A stretch of DNA of 64,000 bases from Candidatus Undinarchaeota archaeon (GTDB lineage Archaea > SpSt-1190 > JASMDC01): the NCBI GenBank assembly GCA_964519305.1, contig CAZFHY010000003.1, positions 98,211 through 162,210 of the forward strand. The letters run 5' to 3'. Below, one piece after another: positions 56,168-64,000 of this stretch. The first letter of the stretch is position 1; each line of letters begins with the position of its first letter. The translations under genes were made by a program, and so were the position numbers. Under the pieces are notes generated by a model. It had not been told where the DNA came from. It worked only from the letters and a program-made list of their open reading frames with translations, and did not search any database.

Positions 56168-58974
56168 AAGCAACCCGCCTCCTCAAGATTGTTCCAGTCG
56201 CCCGGATTCCCCTCCAGATAGATCAGGAACCTGTCCGTCGCCGTCTCATCAGAGGTGGCGGCTGTCACTTCGATGGGGACGGGCGTGTCCGGAGGTGGGA
56301 CGTCGGGGCATAGGTCCACCTGACCCAGCTTCAACTGTATACCTTCGGCAGTGCTGATCATGTCGACCAGGTTCTCGGGCGGCAGTTGCTTATCATGGAT
56401 CTTTACTGTGAACGATTCGGGGGTCAGTGTGTCGCCCCCCCTGAGCTGCATGAACACGTCCATCGTGAAGCCCATGGCCACAAGAGCGTAGAAGAGCGGT
56501 TCGTCCGCAGTACCGGGGCTCACTTTAACGATCCGGAGGTCAAGGGGCACACGGTCAACGATGGAGAACGCATCAACGGCCTGACCTTCGCGACCGAGGC
56601 GGGATATGCGGACGGTGAGCGTTCCCGATCCTGCGGCCTGGATGCTCCTGAACGTGCCCACGACCTCCCATAGACCTGAAATCGGTTGGTACTTGGCGGC
56701 CACTGCCACTGCATTCAGTTCGCCGGCGAGCATCTCGAACGACTCCTGGGGAAGGTCATCGACATCGTTCCCCTGTGCATCCAGAACACGCACCATGGTC
56801 TTTACTGAAACACCGGTACGTAGCTGCTTGGCGCTAACTGATGTGGGATTCACGTTCTTGATAACGAGGTCCAGCTTGGAGAGCTGTTCGGGATACCAGA
56901 CATAGAAGGGGCTGCGGGCGAGCTGCATGGCCTCACGGTGGGTCACGAGCAGGAACGCGTCGTACTGGCCCGGTGACAGGTCCGGAGCGAACTTCGCAGT
57001 GAACTCCCATCCTTTCTCCTCATCGAGGTACCTGGCGCTCACCTCGGAGCCCTCCACGTCCCCTATAAGGGCCCGGACCTCGAGCGCGTCCTGCACGTCC
57101 TCCCTAAGGAAGCTGCCTTCGGATTTCAGGTGACCATGCCATGTTAGACGGATTCCATCGCGGAGCTCGTCTGCCCGCACGTGGTCCACTGGTGGATCCT
57201 CGATCCTGAGCACGAGATCGACCTTCCGACAACCATCAGGAGTGCAGGTCTCACCGAAAGAGCAGGATGATATGGGTCGTGACGTGTGGTCCAAACAGAC
57301 ACATGTGCTTGCACACACCTCACCGACCTGGAGGCAGTCCATCGTGTTCAGACCCCGCTTCGCAAGGCACTGGCCATCCTCGTGCACGATGATGTAGGGG
57401 CTCTTGGTCAGCTCCGTGTCGACGCACTGGCCTCCTGAACATCGCTGGCCGTATTCGCACACTGCCGCAGCGTTATCGTCCGTATCGAAGCAAACGCACA
57501 GTGGAAGTGAGGAAGTCGTGGGGAAGCACCGGTCCTCGCTGCCGATGCAGGGGAGAGTGTGCTGGTTCACCCGCATAACGCCCTCATGACAGAGCTCATA
57601 GCGCTGTGTGCGCTGGAGAGGTTGCCACTCCATGACGGAGAACATCTTGGAGGATACGCCCTTTATCCTTCCGTCCTCGATCTGTTTCACATTGATAAGG
57701 ACGGGTCCTGGTGGAGTCGAGGCAGGGACCGGGATGGATATCACCGTGTCGCATCCGGGTGTGTCCAGCTCGGCGATGCGTACCCTGTTCTTATCTAGGA
57801 GCTCGGTGCGCGTGAAGTCACACGTGGCCGATGGATCGGGGTGGATGTACACCTCGTTACCGGGCATGACCTGCTCTGGTTCGATGAGAGGTTCCTCTCC
57901 ACCGATATATCCGGAGCCCATGAAGTTGATCAGGACACCGGCCGAGCCCTCGATCCCGTTGGCACTTGCCTTCACTCGCACCCTGTGGTCGCCCGGTACC
58001 CAGGACGTGGATGTCCCGACCATCATGTCAGTACATCCGCGGTAGAAGCCGTCAGTGACCGTGAAACCCTCTATGTTCTGAACGGACACATCGCAAGCAT
58101 CAAGGGCCTCATCGCCGGTGACCTCCAGCGTGAACACCTCCCCCAGAAATATCTGAGGTCTATCCACTGTTACGGTTAGCGACAGGGATGAGTCAGTGAG
58201 CCTGACGGTTGACTTGGCTAGGGAGAGCTTTCCCAACCGATAGGATACGACCAATAGCTCGTATTCTCCAGGTTCCAAGAACGCGGACGTGGCCAATGCT
58301 GTTGGGCGGCAGAGGACCGATAGCTGCTTGGCCACGACGACATCGTCCTTCACGAGCGCGGCCGCGCACAACTCGCCCTCCAGTTTTGGGATGCTGATGA
58401 ACTCGCCGAGCATATAGGAATCCTGTTCAGGTGAGAATGAGAGCGATCCGGGGATGCCAACAAGGGAAAACGATGAAGAATAAGTGGACTCGCCCACGTT
58501 CTCCAGCACGGTCCTGTGCGTGGGATATACCACATCGAGCTGTCGAGAGAGCACCCTATAGCCACGTGTGAACACGAACTGCTTGGGCTTGTGCTCGAAG
58601 AGAACATCGAGCTTGAGCTTGTCCTCGAGGAATGTGAGGTCCTTGAACGTGAAGCGTGGCTGGTCGAATACCGTGAACGATATCTCGCTCCGTCCACCTT
58701 CCTTTTCGGAGATGCGCACCTCGCAGTTGAGGAATGTCGTGTCACCGCCGGTAGCGAACTGTTTCCGACATAGCTGGCGGAGGGTGTCCTCGTTGATACG
58801 CCTCTCGCGGAGGTAAGAGGATGGGATAGTGAGAGCGATACGGCTCTTGGCGTACTTGAAGCCTCGGATGTCAACCTCCTCCACCACTTCGTCCACGGTC
58901 GGAAGAGCGGTGGCCAGTACCGCCAACAGTATGGCGATAAGCATGACGGGAACTATATAGGAGATGCGAGACAC
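56164..58974 (-). CDS. Secreted 936-aa protein with Ig-like domains and two Cys-rich repeats
   Basis: Signal peptide; PGEYEL/PGDHRV/PGQYDA strands; CVC.D......C..G..C....C twice. Confidence 0.75.
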   Translation of the reverse strand: MSRISYIVPVMLIAILLAVLATALPTVDEVVEEVDIRGFKYAKSRIALTIPSSYLRERRINEDTLRQLCRKQFATGGDTTFLNCEVRISEKEGGRSEISFTVFDQPRFTFKDLTFLEDKLKLDVLFEHKPKQFVFTRGYRVLSRQLDVVYPTHRTVLENVGESTYSSSFSLVGIPGSLSFSPEQDSYMLGEFISIPKLEGELCAAALVKDDVVVAKQLSVLCRPTALATSAFLEPGEYELLVVSYRLGKLSLAKSTVRLTDSSLSLTVTVDRPQIFLGEVFTLEVTGDEALDACDVSVQNIEGFTVTDGFYRGCTDMMVGTSTSWVPGDHRVRVKASANGIEGSAGVLINFMGSGYIGGEEPLIEPEQVMPGNEVYIHPDPSATCDFTRTELLDKNRVRIAELDTPGCDTVISIPVPASTPPGPVLINVKQIEDGRIKGVSSKMFSVMEWQPLQRTQRYELCHEGVMRVNQHTLPCIGSEDRCFPTTSSLPLCVCFDTDDNAAAVCEYGQRCSGGQCVDTELTKSPYIIVHEDGQCLAKRGLNTMDCLQVGEVCASTCVCLDHTSRPISSCSFGETCTPDGCRKVDLVLRIEDPPVDHVRADELRDGIRLTWHGHLKSEGSFLREDVQDALEVRALIGDVEGSEVSARYLDEEKGWEFTAKFAPDLSPGQYDAFLLVTHREAMQLARSPFYVWYPEQLSKLDLVIKNVNPTSVSAKQLRTGVSVKTMVRVLDAQGNDVDDLPQESFEMLAGELNAVAVAAKYQPISGLWEVVGTFRSIQAAGSGTLTVRISRLGREGQAVDAFSIVDRVPLDLRIVKVSPGTADEPLFYALVAMGFTMDVFMQLRGGDTLTPESFTVKIHDKQLPPENLVDMISTAEGIQLKLGQVDLCPDVPPPDTPVPIEVTAATSDETATDRFLIYLEGNPGDWNNLEEAGCL

Positions 58975-59043
58975 GCTACAAACCCCTCCGGTAAGGGGGT
59001 CTGCGAGGTATATAAAGGTTTGGTTGCCGTAAGCCGTCTTTCG

Positions 59044-62000
59044 CTAGCCGAGCTCCACTACGTGCCTGACCTTCTGCTTGAGCCGTATATGCTCGTCCGT
59101 CCCACGCTTGACCAGGTCCATCGCCTTGGTATAGTAGAACCGCGCCTTCTCCCTTTGGTCCTTGTCCTCCGTGTCGATACCAAGGAACTGGTTGCCCAGA
59201 TGCTCGTAACGGTTGAATAGGAACTCCTTGGCCTCTGCGTTCTTCGGTTGGAGTGTGAGGACCTTCTCGAAGGTCTCCTGGGCCTGTTCTTCGCGCTTGG
59301 TCCGTGCAAAGAGATTGGCCATGGCCACCAAGGCCGGAACACTGTCGCCAACGGGGCCTGATGCACTGTCATATGCGTCCAAGGCCTTGTCGTCAAACCC
59401 GTCCTCTTCATAGAGCTCGCCTGCGTGCAGCCAGGCATCCAGACGTGAATGGTCGACCTCAGCGAGCCGGACGTAGTGCTCGATGGCCTTGTGAGCGAGC
59501 CCTTCGGCCTTGTAGCTCACGGCCAGGGCCTCCAGGGCGATGGTGTTGGACGGATCCGTTGACAACACACGATTGTAATACCGCTTGGAGTGTACAGAAT
59601 CGCCGGTATCGTTGTAGGCCTTCCCGGCATTGAGCATGGCCTGCACGTTCCCCTCGTCATGCTGGAGCACCATCCCGTACCACGCCAGGGCGCTCGCGGG
59701 ATCCCCTGCCAGGTAGAGTGCGTTACCCACACGGAGCTGCATCTCAGGATCGAGCTCGCCAGCTCGTGGTGCATAGGTGCGGGCGGAGTTGGCCATGGCA
59801 GCAACTGTAGCGTCATCTAGGCCTATCGACGATGCGTCATGAACGCTTGAGGGGAGTGGCGATAGGGCTTCGGATAGAGATTCCAACGGAGTAGGCCCTG
59901 AAGTGGGAAGCTGGACCTGCTCCGGAGTGGCGGTCTCTGCTGCATGCTGGGCGATGTAGCCCGTCATGTCGTACACACCTGCTTGCGGAGCAGTACTCTG
60001 AGGAAGCTCCACACCAGGTCCGTCTTCCTCCCCTCCGACAACGAGCCGGTAGAGCATTACTGAGGACAGGGCGAGGACGACTGTGAGCACTGCGGCGATG
60101 AGCATCCAGGGAGGGCCCTCACGCAGGACGAGGGGTGCAGCGCTCACTACCTGACCGGGCATCACCTGATCAGGCTCCTCGGTCGCGACGGCCGCGACGG
60201 TCGCGCTGTAATCAGTACGGTCGATATCGGTAGCCATCTGGATGGCGCGATCGGCAAGTTCCATGGCATCCTTGTAGGACCCCTGGGTGATCATGCTGTC
60301 GACCTGCCTTACTGTGAGATTGAGCTTCTCTCTCTTGTACTCGCTGTCCACGTGATCGATGATGGCCCGGAGGACCTCGAGCTTGTCCAAAGCCTCTTGG
60401 AGTTGTGGATCGGGCGGGGGCGTTGGTATGGGCGTAGGTGCCACCGATGCAGATACGTCGGGACCGGGGGAAGGTGTTGCAGTGGCGTTCGGTGTCGGTG
60501 CTGGTGTCGCGGTCGGCGAGGGCGATGGGGTCGCTGTTGCGTTCGGTGTCGGTGCTGGTGTCGCCGTAGCGTTCGGTGTAGGTATCGGCGTCGCTGTGAC
60601 GTTGGGCGTGGCCTCCGGTGTGGGGATGGGCGTCGGTGTGGGTGTAGCCACGACTTCAGCGAGCAGGTAAGCGAACGAGCATCCGAAGTTCTCAAGCTTG
60701 TCCCTGCAGCATATACGTACGGTATGGTTCGCCGGATCGAGCTCCAGTTCCCATGTGACCGAGCCCTCCCCTGCATCCCGCCACTTCTTCGAAACACCGT
60801 CGATGTCAAGCCCACAGTCGCGTGGTCCTGCATAGGGATCGGTAATGTTCACGGTGATCGCGTAGGTCCCGGACGGGACAGTCATATCCTTGAGGTCCGT
60901 CGTGGGGGGATCGGTGTCACGGGCGATGATTATTCGGCCTTCGCCCGTCTTCCCATCGATGTCGGAGCACGTTATGACCGCGTTGTGCTCCCCGCTCTCT
61001 GGAAGGTCGGCCCTTACCTTCGCAAGCCCGGTCCGCTGCCACTCCTCAAGGTCCAGGTCCATGGTCTCGTCCTCGAGGTCGGCTCCTGCAGGCGTGGTCA
61101 TTCGCAGTTTGCAGTTGTCTATGTGGTAGTTCGAGCTAACGTTGGCGTACACCCAGATACGATTGCGCTCTGTCGGTTCTACCGGTTCGATAGAAACGTT
61201 AACCTCGGCAGGTGCCTCGGTGTAGGCGAAGGTGATGAGCATCGATGCGGCATTGTCAGTGGCGTTGATCCAGAGGTCGCGTTCACCGCTCCCCGTAACA
61301 GGTGCGTGGAACTTACATGTGCAGGGCGGGTCCGTGCAAGGGCAAGTCTTCTCCAGCGCCCCATGGGAGTTGAGGGTGTCCTTTCGTGTGACGCGTACCT
61401 GGGCGACGAGGTTCGAGAACGCGCCAGTATCACGTTCGATGGTAAGGTTGATCGCCTCGCCGTCGAACCGCGCAGAGCCCGATGTTTGGACTCCGGATGC
61501 GGAGACCAGGTAGAATGGCTCGGAAACGGCCTCCACGTCACCAATGGCGAAGCGTGTGGGTGATGTTGCGATGTAGCGTACCCTTACCGGGAGCGTGCAG
61601 TCCCAGTGCCTCTCATGCGTGACGTTATCGTTCTCTACCTGGTGGAGCCTGGACCTGTCAGGGCTACTGATGAGGAGGAGGGCACGTTCGGGCGTCGGGT
61701 CCATGGTGAGGTTAACGGCGAGCGTGGGCTCTGACACCGAAGTGAGACAGATCGCCCTGGCAGGTTCCAGAGGGGGTAGCACAGCATATGGCCCGACGAA
61801 GTTATGATAGATGGATTCGGTACCTGCACGCATACCGATCTGTATAGTGGAGGGTACACTGTCCCGCACTCCCGGGAGCCAGGCGGCCATGGTCTTCCCT
61901 GTGGAAGAAAGGAGGGGGGTCGTCTCATTGACGTTGAGGCTGATGGCTGCGGTCGTGCATCCTCCTTCTACTGGTTCGAGCGTGACGTTGCGTACTACCC

Positions 62001-62385
62001 GTCCCAGACCTGCATCGTAGTCGAGGGTCACGACGTCCTTGATCCCATCACCGAAGTCAAGCGAGAATGTCACGTTGGGACAGGTCGGGGTGGCCGTGAG
62101 CGTGATGCCCTCGATGACCGTTCCTTGTCCCGGGAGCATCATGGTACGGGTACCGGCGAGGACCAGGCGGGTGCTGTAGTCCATGAAATGGCAGAGGTCA
62201 CCATCGATTGTGCAAAGTTCGGGCGAGGCGCCCGGGATGGGGAGCACGACGCCCTCTGCATCAAAAGTGATGACTGTGGCCTCGTCGCCAACGGTATAGA
62301 GCGTAGGATTGCTCACGGTGAGCGTTGCGAGGACGGGCGCTAGCATAAGTGCGATCGCCAGGAGAACCGTCGTCCTTCTACGCAT
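59044..62385 (-). CDS. Type I membrane protein: Ig-like ectodomain, Pro/Thr stalk, TM, cytoplasmic TPR repeats
   Basis: [20 protein letters not shown] signal; DTDPP; TPNATATP repeats; [21 protein letters not shown]; TPR-like [29 protein letters not shown]. Confidence 0.8.
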   Translation of the reverse strand: MRRRTTVLLAIALMLAPVLATLTVSNPTLYTVGDEATVITFDAEGVVLPIPGASPELCTIDGDLCHFMDYSTRLVLAGTRTMMLPGQGTVIEGITLTATPTCPNVTFSLDFGDGIKDVVTLDYDAGLGRVVRNVTLEPVEGGCTTAAISLNVNETTPLLSSTGKTMAAWLPGVRDSVPSTIQIGMRAGTESIYHNFVGPYAVLPPLEPARAICLTSVSEPTLAVNLTMDPTPERALLLISSPDRSRLHQVENDNVTHERHWDCTLPVRVRYIATSPTRFAIGDVEAVSEPFYLVSASGVQTSGSARFDGEAINLTIERDTGAFSNLVAQVRVTRKDTLNSHGALEKTCPCTDPPCTCKFHAPVTGSGERDLWINATDNAASMLITFAYTEAPAEVNVSIEPVEPTERNRIWVYANVSSNYHIDNCKLRMTTPAGADLEDETMDLDLEEWQRTGLAKVRADLPESGEHNAVITCSDIDGKTGEGRIIIARDTDPPTTDLKDMTVPSGTYAITVNITDPYAGPRDCGLDIDGVSKKWRDAGEGSVTWELELDPANHTVRICCRDKLENFGCSFAYLLAEVVATPTPTPIPTPEATPNVTATPIPTPNATATPAPTPNATATPSPSPTATPAPTPNATATPSPGPDVSASVAPTPIPTPPPDPQLQEALDKLEVLRAIIDHVDSEYKREKLNLTVRQVDSMITQGSYKDAMELADRAIQMATDIDRTDYSATVAAVATEEPDQVMPGQVVSAAPLVLREGPPWMLIAAVLTVVLALSSVMLYRLVVGGEEDGPGVELPQSTAPQAGVYDMTGYIAQHAAETATPEQVQLPTSGPTPLESLSEALSPLPSSVHDASSIGLDDATVAAMANSARTYAPRAGELDPEMQLRVGNALYLAGDPASALAWYGMVLQHDEGNVQAMLNAGKAYNDTGDSVHSKRYYNRVLSTDPSNTIALEALAVSYKAEGLAHKAIEHYVRLAEVDHSRLDAWLHAGELYEEDGFDDKALDAYDSASGPVGDSVPALVAMANLFARTKREEQAQETFEKVLTLQPKNAEAKEFLFNRYEHLGNQFLGIDTEDKDQREKARFYYTKAMDLVKRGTDEHIRLKQKVRHVVELG
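60409..60650 (-). repeat. Pro/Thr/Ala stalk with ~10-aa (30-nt) repeats carrying N-glycosylation sequons
   Basis: [30 protein letters not shown] ... [10 protein letters not shown]. Confidence 0.88.
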
Positions 62386-62448
62386 AGGGACTCTTAGACC
62401 AGCGTGCTTTTTACGTTTTTGTGCAGCGCCCATCGAGCCACAAGCGGT

Positions 62449-63714
62449 CTACCATACCGGTCCCTTGATGAACTCGCGCACTACGTTGGTAGCATATGCT
62501 CCCTTGGTAAGAAAGAACCGGAGGGACACGGCCCCCTCATCAGCTCCCAGTTCACTAGAGAAATCCTCGTACCGTACTATCGCGGCCCGGCGCGTACCGT
62601 CCGACGATGAGATGCAGGACGAGAACAGTGATAGGTCGGTCCCTTCCTCCTCGATGACCTTACGCTCCAGTTCTCCGGGCTCACCGGTGGCAAGGGTCGT
62701 TCGTGATCCTGGTAACGGGAGAGAGACGGATGCTTTTCCTGCGCGACAGATGGTCGTGAGCCTTTCGATGTTCTCATTGTCCACGGGAATGGTCTTCCAT
62801 CCGATGAGGAGGATATCGCCTTCTACAGGTTCGTCCAAGGGCATGCCCTGCTCTATGCGCAGGGAAAGGATACGATTGAACATCAGGCCCTGGTATGAAT
62901 GGATCAGCAGGCGAAGGAGCTTTTTGGGGATGACCCGGAACGCGGCTGCTGGAGGACGGCCGCGGGACAGCTCACGTAGCATGGCCCTTTCATACGTGAG
63001 GCCATGTGGGAACGTTTCTAATGCGTGGTCGAAGTCACCGTCCTTTGCCAGCTCGGCCCGAGCTTCACGGGATCTGGGGGCCTCGTTGGGATGGTCGGCC
63101 CATAGGAACTCGGCTAGCGCTCCATCGAGGTCACCATTGACGAGGGCCTTCCCTACCAAGTGGTTGTTTGGTCTAGAGGCGCCGAACCGTTGGATGCCCA
63201 GGTAGTTGGGAGCAAAGCCTCCGAGCTGTTCTTCGATGGTGGTGAGTCGTTCACCAAGACCATCCGGCTCGGGGATATCGCGTACGACGATGGTGAACCG
63301 GTTCCCCCTGAGCATGCCGAGCTTGATCTTGCGTCGTGCCCGATAGACATCGAGCACCTCGATACCGGGGATGCTGAGGTCGAGGAGTTTGTCCGGTTCG
63401 ACACCCATGAGCGAGACCTTCTGCTCGGTCACGGCCTGCCGGTCCTTGTTCCCAGCGAATCCGAACGACTGCATCCCGACACCGAGTTCTCGTCCCAGTC
63501 TGATGAGGGCGCCCATCGTGTCCCAACGTCGTTTACGTAGTGTGAACACCACGTGTGAGCCTTCGGGATCTGCCGGGATGTCGGAAACTTCGGAGACGAT
63601 GAAGTCCTCGGGCTCTGACTTGATACTTCCCCCGATACCCGGCACCGAAGAGCGATAGCATCGTATCCCGACGCGACGTTCGAGCTCAGGTGGTTCAACG
63701 GTCGATGTGGGCAT
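62449..63714 (-). CDS. truD: tRNA pseudouridine(13) synthase TruD
   Basis: IKSEPEDFIVSE, FAGNKDRQAVTEQ, LGMLRGNRF, PNYLGIQRFG, FFLTKGAYAT. Confidence 0.96.
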   Translation of the reverse strand: MPTSTVEPPELERRVGIRCYRSSVPGIGGSIKSEPEDFIVSEVSDIPADPEGSHVVFTLRKRRWDTMGALIRLGRELGVGMQSFGFAGNKDRQAVTEQKVSLMGVEPDKLLDLSIPGIEVLDVYRARRKIKLGMLRGNRFTIVVRDIPEPDGLGERLTTIEEQLGGFAPNYLGIQRFGASRPNNHLVGKALVNGDLDGALAEFLWADHPNEAPRSREARAELAKDGDFDHALETFPHGLTYERAMLRELSRGRPPAAAFRVIPKKLLRLLIHSYQGLMFNRILSLRIEQGMPLDEPVEGDILLIGWKTIPVDNENIERLTTICRAGKASVSLPLPGSRTTLATGEPGELERKVIEEEGTDLSLFSSCISSSDGTRRAAIVRYEDFSSELGADEGAVSLRFFLTKGAYATNVVREFIKGPVW

Positions 63715-63770
63715 GGGACGACTCTCGGTCCTCATTGAACAACTTAATAAAGGGAACCCACTCGTTGCAC

Positions 63771-64000
63771 GTGGACGACAGGCTCCTTCTAAAGCTGGCT
63801 GCAACGACCTTCTTGGTCGGATTGTGTGCCGTGGTATTGCTGGATGGACCTCGTGACTTCGCCATCGCTGATATCCCGGATGCAGGTCTTGTTCGCTTGC
63901 ATGGTATAGTGACCTCCGTACGTGAAAGGGGTCCGGGCTTCCTCTTCGTCCTACGGGATGTGACCGGTGAAGCCACTGTCTTGACGGGTTACGATGGATG
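63771..64000 (+). CDS. Partial gene: N-terminal TM followed by an OB-fold-like domain
   Basis: GTG start, MDDRLLLKLAATTFLVGLCAVVLL..VRLHGIVTSVRE..FLFVLRDVTGEATV; TTAATAAA at 63744. Confidence 0.6.
   Translation, partial: MDDRLLLKLAATTFLVGLCAVVLLDGPRDFAIADIPDAGLVRLHGIVTSVRERGPGFLFVLRDVTGEATVLTGYDG

Noticed and set aside
60352-61563. 403-aa plus-strand ORF rich in Cys/Arg (RCRCWCR)
   Set aside because: Antisense shadow of the Pro/Thr stalk of the TPR membrane protein.
346-63976. Numerous 60-400 aa alternative-frame and antisense ORFs in the track
   Set aside because: They overlap well-supported genes and are expected in GC-rich coding DNA; none shows family motifs.

Overview
Gene-dense archaeal chromosomal window with moderately high GC. 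Archaeal origin is shown by split rpoB''/rpoB' and rpoA', a BHB tRNA intron, TATA promoters and many apparently leaderless genes. It contains the RNA polymerase operon headed by tRNA-Asp and tRNA-Lys rather than rpoH; rpoH lies 20 kb away and carries an N-terminal SAP-like module. Accessory content includes a ~2,900-aa surface adhesin broken by a frameshift in a C9 tract, a DapA-like aldolase fused to formaldehyde-activating enzyme (Fae) with an unknown partner, and a tandem pair of unknown His-repeat membrane proteins. It also holds a catalytically dead ALDH, a psd-pmtA-pssA operon (candidate route to N-methylated or choline headgroups), fwdD/fwdB in an operon with peptidases next to a RimK/LysX ligase, and a radical SAM enzyme with a Tat-like signal. 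Further along are three STT3/AglB-like GT-C modules followed by tatAC, and a three-gene surface-structure cluster. No CRISPR array, rRNA or transposase was seen. All family calls come from motif recognition by eye; no database searches were run.
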